64,000 nucleotides of DNA, from positions 192,001-256,000 of the forward strand of contig CAXXRD010000001.1 of assembly GCA_963663895.2 (NCBI GenBank). Reading direction: 5' to 3'. The notes below the pieces were generated by a model. That model was not told the origin of the DNA and made no database searches. It saw nothing but the letters and a program-made list of their open reading frames with translations. Source of the stretch: Dehalococcoidia bacterium. Its GTDB lineage: Bacteria > Chloroflexota > Dehalococcoidia > Bin125. Position numbers and translations under genes: made by a program. Shown piece after piece: positions 55,080-64,000 of this stretch. Every line of letters starts with the position of its first letter. Position 1 is the stretch's first letter.

Positions 55080-58000
55080 TTAGACGCCGCCATGGGCGGA
55101 GGCTTCCTCTTCTTCCTGGCGCTTCCGGCGGCGGCGCCAGGCGATCAGGAACAGGAAGAGGGGGATCAGTCCCAGCAGGAGCCACGGCCACCAGGCCGTC
55201 GACCCGGACCCATCGCCCGCCCCGATCTGGGTCGCCGGGCCGCGAGTCGTCCGCTCGTCCGCCTCCGCCACCTCTATTGAGGGGACGGGGAACCGGTAGC
55301 TGTAGCCGTAGACGAGGGCGTTCGGGCCCGATTCCGGCGGCAGGTACCACTGCGGCGCGCTGGACACCTGTTTCGAGGGCTGCTGCGACTGCGTGGGCTG
55401 CGGCGACTGCTGCTGCGTGGGCGTGGGCTGGGTCGGTTGCGTGGGCTGCCGCGGCTGCTGTGGCTGCTGCGTGGGCGTGGGCTGGGTCGGCTGCTGCTGC
55501 GTGGGCGTGGGCTGGGTCGGTTGCGTGGGCTGCCGCGGCTGCTGTGGCTGCTGCGTGGGCGTGGGCTGGGTCGGCTGCTGCGGCTGCTGCTGCGTGGGCG
55601 TGGGCCGGGTCGGTTGCGTGGGCGGCGCGCCGGCAGTCGTCAGCCCGGTCTTGGCCGTCGCCGTCGCGGACCAGGGGCCGGCGCCTTCGTCGTTCGCCGC
55701 CCGAACCTGGACCTCGTAGCTGGTGTCCGCCGTGAGGCCCGTGATCGTCGTGCTGGTCCCCGTGCCGGTGAAGGCGTGGCCGGTCCAGGCGGACTCCCCG
55801 CTCTTACGGTACCGCACGTCGTAGTCCGTGATGGGCGGCTTGCCGGTCATGTCCGGGGCCGTCCAGCTTACGTCCAGGGCGCCCGTCGGGTCGGCGCTGT
55901 TGGCGCGCACCTTGGGCGCGGCCGGGGCCGCCGGCGGCTCGTTCACGTCGGTGACGCGGATGGTCACGGCGATGGTGTCGTCGATCGCCGGATCGGCGGT
56001 CCCGTCGGCGGCCTTCCCGTCGCTGACGCTCACGGTGACGCTGTAGGATCGCTTGCTCTCGTAGTCGAGCGCCGCCTTCACCTGGAGCCGGCCCGTGCCC
56101 GCGTCCAGGGCGAAGCTGGCGGCGTCGGTCCCGGCGAGGCTGTAGGCGAGCGCGTCGCCCTCCGGGTCGGTCGCGGTCAACGCCGCGCCGATGGCCGCGC
56201 CGGCGGCCGAGTTCTCCGCGATGGAGCGGGCGGCCGTGTCGGCGGGAAACTCCGCGGGGAGGTTCTCGTCCTGCGTGCTGGCGCTGCCGCTGTCCGACCA
56301 AGGGCTGGCGCCCTCGATGTTCTTCGCCTGGATCTGCACGTCGTAGGTGGTGTCCGCCGCGAGGCCCGTGATCGTCGTGCTGGTCCCCGCGCCGGTGAAG
56401 GCGTGGTCGGTCCAGGTGGAATCCCCGCTCTCGCGGTACCGCACGTCGTAGTCGTTGAGGGGCTGCTTGCCCGTCATGTCCGGGGCCGTCCAGCTCACGT
56501 CCAGGGCGCTCGCCGGGGCGGCGCTGTTGCGGACCACTTTGGGCGCGTCCGGGGCGTCCGGCGGCTCGTGCACGTTGGTGACGCTGATGTCCACCGGGAT
56601 GGTGTAGACCCCCGGGCCGTTGGGGACGAGGCGCTCGGCCTGCGGCGCGTTGGGGTTGGGGCTCTGGATCTGGCCTCCCGCGGCCGCCGTCATCGTGACG
56701 GTCACGCGGTAGGATCGCTTGCTCTCGTAGTCGAGCGTCACGCCCTTCCTGACCGTGATCTGGCCGCTGCCGCCGTCAATGGCGAACTGCGCCGCGTCCG
56801 TCCCGCTCATGCTGTGGGTGAGGGCGTAGCCGTTGGGGTTGGCCGTGGCCGTGACGGCCGCGCCCACGTTGGCCCCGGCGGGGGAGTTCTCCGCCACGTT
56901 CCGCGCCATCGTGCTCGCCCTGGTGATGCCGTTGCCCGAGTTCGACCAGACGCTTTCTCCCTCGTCGTTCTTGCCCTGGATCTGCACGTCGTAGCTGGTG
57001 CCCGCCGCGAGGCCCGTGATCGTCGTGCTGGTCCCCGTGCCGGTGAAGGGGTGGTCGGTCCAGGTGGAATCCCCGCTCTTGCGGTACTGCACGTCGTAGT
57101 CCGTGATGGGCGGCTTGCCGGTCATGTCCGGGGCCGTCCAGGACACGTTCAGCGTACTCGTCGGGTCGGCGCTGTTGGCGCTGTTGGCGCCGAGGGCGGC
57201 GGCGTGGAGATAGCTGCCGCGGGCGCTGGCGACGGAGAGTTGGCCGGCGGAGCCGGAGTTGCCGACGAGGTTGGTCACCGTGGGCGCGGCCGGCTTGTCC
57301 GGCGGCTCGTCCACGTCGGTGACGGTGATGGTCACGGCGACGGCGCCGTCGATCGCCGGGTCGGCGGTCCCGTCGGCGGCCTTCCCGTCGCTGACGTTGA
57401 CGGTGACGCTGTAGGAGGTCGTGCCGGATTCGTAGTCGAGCGCCGTGCCGGCCGCGACCGTGATCTGGCCCGTGGCGGCGCCGATGTCGAACTTGGAGGC
57501 GTCCGCGCCCGTGAGGGTGTAGGTGAGCGCGTCGCCCTCCGGGTCGGTCGCCGTCACCGCCGCGCCCACGTTCGTTCCCGCCGCCGAGTTCTCAGCGACG
57601 CTGCGGGCCAGGGAGGTGTCGCCCGGGTCCAGCTTGGGCAGCTGGGGGACCTCGTTCACGTCGGTGACGGTGATGGTGACGGGGATCGTGTAGCTCCCCG
57701 GCGCGTTGGGGATGAGGCTGAAGCTCTGCGCCTGGACCCCCGCCGCGGCCGCCGTCGCCGTGACGATCACGCTGTAGGATTTCTTGGTCTCGTAGTCGAG
57801 GGCCGTGCCCGCCTTGACCGTGATCTGGCCGCTGCCGCCGTCGATGACGAACTTGGCCGCGTCCGTCCCGCTCATGCTGTGGGTCAGGTCGTAGCCGTTG
57901 GGGTTGGCCGTGGCCGTGACGGGCGCGCCCACGTTGGTCCCGGCCGCCGAGTTCTCGGCGACGCTGCGCGTGACGGCGTCGGCGTCGGTGATGGCCGTGC

Positions 58001-61000
58001 CGGAGCCGGACCAGGCGCCGTCGCCCTCGGCGTTCACCGCCCGCACCTGGACCTCGTAGCTCTTGCCGGTCGTGAGGCCGCTGAGCGTCGTGGAGGTTCC
58101 CGTGCCGCTGAACGAGGCGTCCGTCCAGGCGGAATCGCCCGAGAGCCGGTACTGCACGTCATAGTCGCTGATGGCCGGCTTGCCGGCCATGTCCGGGGCC
58201 GTCCAGGACACGTCCAGCTTCGTGCTCGGCGTGGTGGCGTTGGCGACCACCGTGGGCGCGGCCGGGGCCGGCGGCGGCTCGTCCACGTCGGTGACGGTGA
58301 TGGTGACGGCGATGGTGTCGTCGATCTTCGTGTCGGGGTTGTCGTCGGTGTCCTTCCGGTCGCTGACCTCGACGGTGAGGGTGTAGGAGCTTTTGGCCTC
58401 GTAATCGGGGATGTTGCCGGCCTTGACCGTGATCTGGCCGGTGTTGAGGCCGATGTTGAAGCTGTCCTTGTCGGTTCCGTTCAGCGAGTAGTAGAGGGTG
58501 TGGCCCTCAGTGTCGGTGGCGGTGACCGCCGCGCCGACGTTGGCGCCCGCCGCCGCGTTCTCGGCGATGCTGCGCGTGGCCGTCTGGTCCGGGAACTCGG
58601 CGTGGACGTTCTTGTCCTGGGTGTTGGCGCTGCCGCTGGCCGACCAGGCGCCGTCGCCCTCGTCGTTGACGGCGCGCACCTGCACGTCGTAGCTGGTGCC
58701 TTCGTCGAGGCCGGTGAGGGTCGTGGAGGTGCCCGTGCCGGTGAACCCGTGCGCCGTCCACGTCGAGTCGCTGCTCTTCTTGTACTGCACGTCGTAGTCG
58801 TTGACGGCGGGCTTGCCAGCCATCTGCGTGGTCGTCAGCGCCGTCCAGGACACGTCGAGCTTGGTCTTGGGCGTCGCCGTGTTCTGCGTCACCGTCGGCC
58901 CGTCGGGGGCGGGCGGCGGCTCGTTCACGTCGGTGACGGTGATGGTGACGGGGATCACGTAGTCGCCCGGCGCGTTGGGGGCGAGGCTGAAGCTCTGCAC
59001 CTGGGCCACCGCCGCGGTCACCGTCACGGTGACGCTGTAGGAGGTCGTGCCGGATTCGTAGTCGAGGCTGGTCCCGCTGGCGACCGTGATCTGGCCCGTG
59101 CTGGCGCCGATGGCGAACTTGGAGGCGTCCGTGCCGCTGAGGGCGTGCGTGAGGGCGTAGCCGTTGGGGTTGGACGTGGCCGTCACCGCCGCGCCCACGT
59201 TGGCGTTCGCCGCCGAGTTCTCGGCCACGCTGCGGGTGACGCCGCCCGCCTTCGTGATGGCGCTGCCCGAGCCCGACCAGGCGCCGTCGCCCTCGTCGTT
59301 GACGGCGCGCACCTGGACCTCGTAGCTCTTGCCCTTGGTCAGGCCCGTCAGCGTCGTGCTGGTGGTCGTTCCGGTGAAGGAGGCGTCCGTCCACGTCGAG
59401 CCGCCCGAGAGGCGGTACTGCACGTCGTAGTCCGTGATGGCCGGCTTGCCCGTCATCGCCGGGGCCGTCCAGCTCACGTCCAGCTTCGTGCTCGGCGTCG
59501 TGCTGTTGGCGCTCACCGTGGGCGCGGAGGGCGCGGCCGGCGGCTCGCTCACGTCGGTGACGTTGATGGTCACGGCGATGGTGTCGTCGATGGCCGTGTC
59601 GGCGGTGCCGTCGGCCTTCTTCTTGTCGGTGACGTTGACCGTGACGCTGTAGGAGGTCTTGGCCTCGTAATCGGGGATGTTGCCCGACTTGACCGTGATC
59701 TGCCCTGTCGTCGAGCCGATCTCGAACTTGCTGGCGTCCGTTCCCGTGAGGCTGTAGGTGAGCGTGTCGCCCTCGGGGTCGGCGCCGGCGGCGACCGCCG
59801 CGCCGATGTTCGTCCCCGCGGACGAGTTCTCGGCGATGGAGCGGGTGGCGGTGTCGTCGGAGAACAGCGGCGGCTCGTTCACGTCGGTGACGGTGATGGT
59901 GACGGGGATCACGTAGTCGCCCGGCGCGTTGGGGGCGAGGCTGAAGCTCTGCACCTGGGCCACCGCCGCGGTCACCGTCACGGTGACGCTGTAGGAGGTC
60001 GTGCCGGATTCGTAGTCGAGCGCCGTGCCTGCCTTGACCGTGATCTGGCCCGTGCTGGCGCCGATGGCGAACTTGGAGGCGTCCGTGCCGCTGAGGGCGT
60101 GCGTGAGGGCGTAGCCGTTGGGGTTGGCCGTGGCCGTCACCGCCGCGCCCACGTTGGCGTTCGCCGCCGAGTTCTCGGCCACGCTGCGGGTGACGCCGCC
60201 CGCCTTCGTGATGGCGCTGCCCGAGCCCGACCAGGCGCCGTCGCCCTCGTCGTTGACCGCGCGCACCTGGACCTCGTAGCTCTTGCCCTTGGTGAGGCCC
60301 GTCAGCGTCGTGCTGGTGGTCGTTCCGGTGAAGCTGTGGCTGCTCCAGGTGGAGGTTCCGGTCTGCCGGTACTGCACGTCGTAGTCCGTGATGGCCGGCT
60401 TGCCCGTCATCGCCGGGGCCGTCCAGCTCACGTCCAGCTTCGTGCTCGGCGTCGTGCTGTTGGCGCTCACCGTGGGCGCGGCCGGCGCGGCCGGCGGCTC
60501 GTTCACGTCCGTCACGCTGATGGTGACGGGGACCTTGTAGTCCCCCGGCGCATTGGGATCCACCGACTGCGCGTTCGCGCCCTGCGTCTTCGCCGCCGCC
60601 GTTACGGTCACCGTCACGCTGTAGCTTGTCTTGCTCTCGTAGTCGGGGATGTTGCCCGTCTTCACCGTGATCTGCCCGGTGGACGAGCCGATCTCGAACT
60701 TGCTCGCGTCCGTCCCGCTCAGCGCGTGCGTGTAGGTGTAGGTGGTATTGGTGGACTTTGCCGTCACCGCCGCGCCGATATTGGTTCCCGCCGCCGAGTT
60801 CTCGGCGATGCTGCGCGTGACCGCGTTGGCGTCGGTGATCGCCGTGCCGGAGTCGGACCAGTCGCCGTTGCCCTCGGCGTTGACGGCCCGCACCTGCACC
60901 TCGTAGCTCTTGCCCTTGGTCAGGCCCGTCAGCGTCGTGGAGGTTCCCGTTCCGGTGAAGCTGTGCGAGGTCCAGGCGGAATCGCCGGTCTTGCGGTACT

Positions 61001-63974
61001 GCACGTCGTAGTCGCTGATGGCGGGCTTGCCCGTCATGATCGGGGCCGTCCACGACACGTCCAGCTTGGTCGTCGGCGTGGTGGAGTTGGCGGCCACCGT
61101 CGGCGCGGCCGGCGCGGCCGGCGGCTCGCTCACGTCCGTCACGATGACGAGGACGCTGTAGGTGACGTCGAGGATGTTCCGCTGCAGGTTGTTCTCGACG
61201 GCGCGCAGCGTGAGGCTGTAGCTCGACTTGCTCTCGAAGTCCGGGACGTTGCCCGTCTTGACCTGGATCTGGGCGGACTGGGCCGTCTTGTAGCCCGTGT
61301 CCGTGCTGAGCTTGAACGTGGAGCCGTCCGTCCCGCCCAGGCTGAACTGCAGCGGATAGTAGTCCGTGGCGTTGACGTTGAACTTGCCGCCCACGTTGCC
61401 GTTGACCGCCGTGTTCTCCGCCAGGTAGAGGATGACGGACGACCCGGACCAGTGGCCGTCGCCCTCGTCGTTGATGGAAGCCCGCACCTGCACCTCGTAC
61501 TCCTTGCCCGCGGTCAGGCCGGTGATGGTAGTGCTGGTGGCGGTGCTGTTGGTGGTGTCCGGCATCTCCGTCCAGGAGCTGGTGGTCCACTCCCGGTACC
61601 GCACGTCGTAGTCGTTCAGCGTGGTGCCCGTCATCGGGGTCGGGGCGGTCCAGGACACGTCCAGGGCCGTGGTCGGGTTGGTGGAGTTCTGGGCCAGCGT
61701 CGGCCGGTCCACGTTCGGGGCCCGGACATCGTTCACGTTGATCTGGATGTTGCCGCCCACCGTCGTGTTTTCGACGCTGTAGCGGAAAGTCCCGCTGTAC
61801 GAGGTCTTGGTCTCGTAGTCGAGCGTCGTCCCGTCCTTGACCGTGACCTGGCCGGTGCTGGAGTCGATGTCGAAGTAGGTGGCGGCGTCGCCGTTGAGGG
61901 AGAAGCTGCTGCCATCGGCCCTGTTTGGCCCGCCCACGCTGCCGACCACGGTGTCCTTGGGCTTGTTCTCCTGGACGCTCAACGTTTCCTTGCAGTTGAA
62001 ATGCTTCACATACAGGGCGATCGCGTCGTACAGCCCGTCGGGGTCCGTCGCCGTGTAGTGGAATGAGTACCAGTCCAGGGGCGGATGCCTGAGCGTCGCC
62101 ACGGCGTAGCCGGAGGAATTGATGGTGGTGCTGACGAGCTTGTTCGAACCCGCGGTGAAGGTCAGCGTGTCGTCTTCCGGGTCGTAGAAGTGCTTGGTGT
62201 GGCCGCTGCTGGGGGCATAGGTGACGGAGCCGCTGTAGCAGTGGCCGTATTTCGACCAGAGTTGCCCGATAAGCTGGGACCCGCTGCTCTTGATGCTGGC
62301 GTAGGGCGCGTGGTTTCCGGACGTGTCGGACACCCTGATGCGGATGTTTACGGCCGGGGTGCTCTTGTTGGAGGCGTAGGCGTCGTAGTTGGCTACCCTG
62401 GTGGAGAACCACTTGGTGGGCGTACCGCTCAGGGTGCGGGTGGAGGCGTTCCAGGAAATCCCGGGGGGCAGCTGCGCCCCCTTGTTGCCGCCGCCTTCCG
62501 ACAGCTTGTAAGTGATGTGGGGATCGCCGGTGGCCGCGGGCAGCGTCACGTTCACGGCAACGCCCTGCGTCCACTCCAGCAGGGTGGGCGGCGCGGTGAC
62601 CCAGGAGAGGCCGGACTGGGCGGACGCGCCCTCCGCCGTCAGCACCTCGATGCTGAAGGACAGCGTGGCGGTGTCCGTGCCGTCGCTGGCGCTGTAGCGG
62701 TAGGTGGCGCTGACGGCCTCAGCCGTGGGCGTGCCCGTGATGGTGCGCGCCGCCGCGTCGAAGGTCAGGCCCGCGGGCAGGTCCGGGGAGAGGGCGTAGG
62801 TGAGGCTCCCGGCGCCGCCGGCGGCGGCGGGCAGGGTCAGCGTGTCGATGGCGGTGTCCTTCACCCAGGACTGGTCGGCGACGGTCGCGCCGCCGAAGGA
62901 GAGGCCGGGCGCCGCGACGGCGACGGTGAACGTGAGGCTGGCCGCGTCGTATCCGTCGGCGGCGGCGCTGTAGGTGTAGGTCGCGCTCGCCGCCTCCGCC
63001 GTCGGCGTCCCGCTGATGGTCCGGGCCGCCGCGTCGAAGCTCGCTCCGGCAGGGAGGCTCGGGGAGAGCGTGTAGGTGATCTCAGGGACGACGGTCGCGC
63101 AGATGGCGCCGTTGCAGCTGACAGTGGCCAGGGGCAGGCGCAGCGTGTCGATGGCCGCGTCCTTCGTCCACGACTGGCTCGGGACCGTGTGGCTCCCGAA
63201 GGTGAGGGAGCGGCCCGGCGCGGGCGATGCGAACGGCGCCGCTGCCGGCGAGTTGGTCCAGCCGCTGTCGCCGCCGCCGTTGCGGGCGCGCACGCCCACG
63301 AAGTACGTCTTGCTGTTGTCCACGCTGAAGGTGATGCTGGCGGACGCGTGGTTCAGGGCCGCCAGGCTCCAACTCTGCTTGTCGTCCGAGCTGTAGGTGA
63401 CGTGGTAGCTCGTCGCCCCCGATACGGCGGACCAGCTTGCCGTCAGGGAGCCGTCGGCCCGCGTCACGGAGACGGATCCGACGGGGCCGGGCGGCGGCGT
63501 GGCATTGGGCGGCGTGAACGGCCCCGCGGCCGGGGAGTTGCGCCAGCCGCTGTCGCCGCCGCCGTTGCGGGCGCGCACGCCCACGAGGTAGGTCGCGCTG
63601 TTGGAGACGCTGATGGTGATGCTGGTCCCGCCGTGGTTCAGGGCGGCCAGGCTCCAGCTGCCGCCGCCGTCCGAGCTGTAGGTGACGTGGTAGCTGGTCG
63701 CGCCGTCCACGGCGGCCCACGATGCCGTCAGCGTCCCATCGGCGCGGGTCACGCTGACGGAGGACGGCGTGGCGGGCGGGGTCTCCTCCGACGCCGCTTG
63801 GGCGGGCTGAGCGATCGTGGGGATCAGGAGGGCGGCGGTGAGCGCCAGGAGGGCGAGAGAGCGAAGCCGGCGATGGGAACGCCGCGCGGCCCGCCGGCGC
63901 CGCGGGGGGGTTGATTGTCGTCTAGCAGTGAGGAATCTCAGCTCAGCACCCCTGTCTCCACCGAACCAAGCCAT
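55080..63974 (-). CDS. Giant surface adhesin with fibronectin III, putative Ig and cadherin-like repeats and a C-terminal TM anchor
   Basis: Signal peptide; repeated L.VSWTAP...Y.VQY...TGL..G.SYEVQVRA.N..G.G.WS (FN3); RSIAEN...DYE.K.SY...VTDVNE (cadherin); LP.G.FD...RTI.GTP (Ig); PTQ-rich stalk; WWPWLLL..RRRRKR. Confidence 0.95.
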   Translation of the reverse strand: MAWFGGDRGAELRFLTARRQSTPPRRRRAARRSHRRLRSLALLALTAALLIPTIAQPAQAASEETPPATPSSVSVTRADGTLTASWAAVDGATSYHVTYSSDGGGSWSLAALNHGGTSITISVSNSATYLVGVRARNGGGDSGWRNSPAAGPFTPPNATPPPGPVGSVSVTRADGSLTASWSAVSGATSYHVTYSSDDKQSWSLAALNHASASITFSVDNSKTYFVGVRARNGGGDSGWTNSPAAAPFASPAPGRSLTFGSHTVPSQSWTKDAAIDTLRLPLATVSCNGAICATVVPEITYTLSPSLPAGASFDAAARTISGTPTAEAASATYTYSAAADGYDAASLTFTVAVAAPGLSFGGATVADQSWVKDTAIDTLTLPAAAGGAGSLTYALSPDLPAGLTFDAAARTITGTPTAEAVSATYRYSASDGTDTATLSFSIEVLTAEGASAQSGLSWVTAPPTLLEWTQGVAVNVTLPAATGDPHITYKLSEGGGNKGAQLPPGISWNASTRTLSGTPTKWFSTRVANYDAYASNKSTPAVNIRIRVSDTSGNHAPYASIKSSGSQLIGQLWSKYGHCYSGSVTYAPSSGHTKHFYDPEDDTLTFTAGSNKLVSTTINSSGYAVATLRHPPLDWYSFHYTATDPDGLYDAIALYVKHFNCKETLSVQENKPKDTVVGSVGGPNRADGSSFSLNGDAATYFDIDSSTGQVTVKDGTTLDYETKTSYSGTFRYSVENTTVGGNIQINVNDVRAPNVDRPTLAQNSTNPTTALDVSWTAPTPMTGTTLNDYDVRYREWTTSSWTEMPDTTNSTATSTTITGLTAGKEYEVQVRASINDEGDGHWSGSSVILYLAENTAVNGNVGGKFNVNATDYYPLQFSLGGTDGSTFKLSTDTGYKTAQSAQIQVKTGNVPDFESKSSYSLTLRAVENNLQRNILDVTYSVLVIVTDVSEPPAAPAAPTVAANSTTPTTKLDVSWTAPIMTGKPAISDYDVQYRKTGDSAWTSHSFTGTGTSTTLTGLTKGKSYEVQVRAVNAEGNGDWSDSGTAITDANAVTRSIAENSAAGTNIGAAVTAKSTNTTYTYTHALSGTDASKFEIGSSTGQITVKTGNIPDYESKTSYSVTVTVTAAAKTQGANAQSVDPNAPGDYKVPVTISVTDVNEPPAAPAAPTVSANSTTPSTKLDVSWTAPAMTGKPAITDYDVQYRQTGTSTWSSHSFTGTTTSTTLTGLTKGKSYEVQVRAVNDEGDGAWSGSGSAITKAGGVTRSVAENSAANANVGAAVTATANPNGYALTHALSGTDASKFAIGASTGQITVKAGTALDYESGTTSYSVTVTVTAAVAQVQSFSLAPNAPGDYVIPVTITVTDVNEPPLFSDDTATRSIAENSSAGTNIGAAVAAGADPEGDTLTYSLTGTDASKFEIGSTTGQITVKSGNIPDYEAKTSYSVTVNVTDKKKADGTADTAIDDTIAVTINVTDVSEPPAAPSAPTVSANSTTPSTKLDVSWTAPAMTGKPAITDYDVQYRLSGGSTWTDASFTGTTTSTTLTGLTKGKSYEVQVRAVNDEGDGAWSGSGSAITKAGGVTRSVAENSAANANVGAAVTATSNPNGYALTHALSGTDASKFAIGASTGQITVASGTSLDYESGTTSYSVTVTVTAAVAQVQSFSLAPNAPGDYVIPVTITVTDVNEPPPAPDGPTVTQNTATPKTKLDVSWTALTTTQMAGKPAVNDYDVQYKKSSDSTWTAHGFTGTGTSTTLTGLDEGTSYDVQVRAVNDEGDGAWSASGSANTQDKNVHAEFPDQTATRSIAENAAAGANVGAAVTATDTEGHTLYYSLNGTDKDSFNIGLNTGQITVKAGNIPDYEAKSSYTLTVEVSDRKDTDDNPDTKIDDTIAVTITVTDVDEPPPAPAAPTVVANATTPSTKLDVSWTAPDMAGKPAISDYDVQYRLSGDSAWTDASFSGTGTSTTLSGLTTGKSYEVQVRAVNAEGDGAWSGSGTAITDADAVTRSVAENSAAGTNVGAPVTATANPNGYDLTHSMSGTDAAKFVIDGGSGQITVKAGTALDYETKKSYSVIVTATAAAAGVQAQSFSLIPNAPGSYTIPVTITVTDVNEVPQLPKLDPGDTSLARSVAENSAAGTNVGAAVTATDPEGDALTYTLTGADASKFDIGAATGQITVAAGTALDYESGTTSYSVTVNVSDGKAADGTADPAIDGAVAVTITVTDVDEPPDKPAAPTVTNLVGNSGSAGQLSVASARGSYLHAAALGANSANSADPTSTLNVSWTAPDMTGKPPITDYDVQYRKSGDSTWTDHPFTGTGTSTTITGLAAGTSYDVQIQGKNDEGESVWSNSGNGITRASTMARNVAENSPAGANVGAAVTATANPNGYALTHSMSGTDAAQFAIDGGSGQITVRKGVTLDYESKRSYRVTVTMTAAAGGQIQSPNPNAPQAERLVPNGPGVYTIPVDISVTNVHEPPDAPDAPKVVRNSAAPASALDVSWTAPDMTGKQPLNDYDVRYRESGDSTWTDHAFTGAGTSTTITGLAADTTYDVQIQAKNIEGASPWSDSGSASTQDENLPAEFPADTAARSIAENSAAGAAIGAALTATDPEGDALAYSLAGTDAASFALDAGTGRLQVKAALDYESKRSYSVTVSVSDGKAADGTADPAIDDTIAVTIRVTDVNEPPAAPAAPKVRANSADPTGALDVSWTAPDMTGKPPITDYDVRYRKSGESAWTGHAFTGTGTSTTITGLTADTSYEVQVRAANDEGAGPWSATATAKTGLTTAGAPPTQPTRPTPTQQQPQQPTQPTPTQQPQQPRQPTQPTQPTPTQQQPTQPTPTQQPQQPRQPTQPTQPTPTQQQSPQPTQSQQPSKQVSSAPQWYLPPESGPNALVYGYSYRFPVPSIEVAEADERTTRGPATQIGAGDGSGSTAWWPWLLLGLIPLFLFLIAWRRRRKRQEEEEASAHGGV
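55390..55620 (-). repeat. Pro/Thr/Gln-rich tandem repeats (84 nt period)
   Basis: The same GTGGGCGTGGGCTGGGTCGGTTGC block starts at 55417 and 55501. Confidence 0.85.
58921..60480 (-). repeat. Near-identical ~600 bp intragenic duplication (FN3+cadherin module), offset 954 nt
   Basis: 58921-~59526 aligns to 59875-~60480 with a few block substitutions. Confidence 0.88.
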
Positions 63975-64000
63975 GCGCGTGCGATCCGCAATCGTTGCTA

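Noticed and set aside
58921-60480. Diversity-generating retroelement TR/VR pair
   Set aside because: Both copies are in-frame coding modules, differences are block substitutions rather than adenine-specific, and there is no reverse transcriptase in the window.
55437-63914. Very long plus-strand ORFs (2209 aa, 609 aa) and the alternative-frame 1355-aa minus ORF
   Set aside because: Shadow frames of the GC-rich adhesin gene; Arg/Gly/His-rich with no domain motifs.

Overview
High-GC bacterial chromosomal window. The gene content (cofC/cofD, F420/LLM oxidoreductase, Tat-lipoprotein solute-binding protein, DUF3105 pair, NrdJ, LPxTG and Ig-rich surface proteins) suggests Chloroflexota/Dehalococcoidia, possibly host-associated; this taxonomy is inference. 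Bases 1-42.1 kb are mostly housekeeping and metabolic genes. They include two probable selenoproteins that the ORF track splits at in-frame TGA codons (UGSC family; ArsC/Spx-like UxxC), a circularly permuted CcdA, a small lower-GC VOC gene bracketed by three copies of a ~25-30 bp site, and a candidate structured ncRNA. Bases 42.2-64 kb are accessory. They hold a transposase-less IS1-like remnant carrying a proteasome-beta-like (Thr1 Ntn) gene, a three-gene surface-protein cluster, and a 2964-aa FN3/cadherin adhesin. At 50-53.5 kb there are four copies of a promoter-bearing structured non-coding repeat interleaved with coiled-coil microprotein genes, and one copy is split by a ~780 bp segment with a ~62 bp duplication. 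No rRNA, tRNA or CRISPR array was recognised. All annotations come from reading motifs by eye; no database searches were run.
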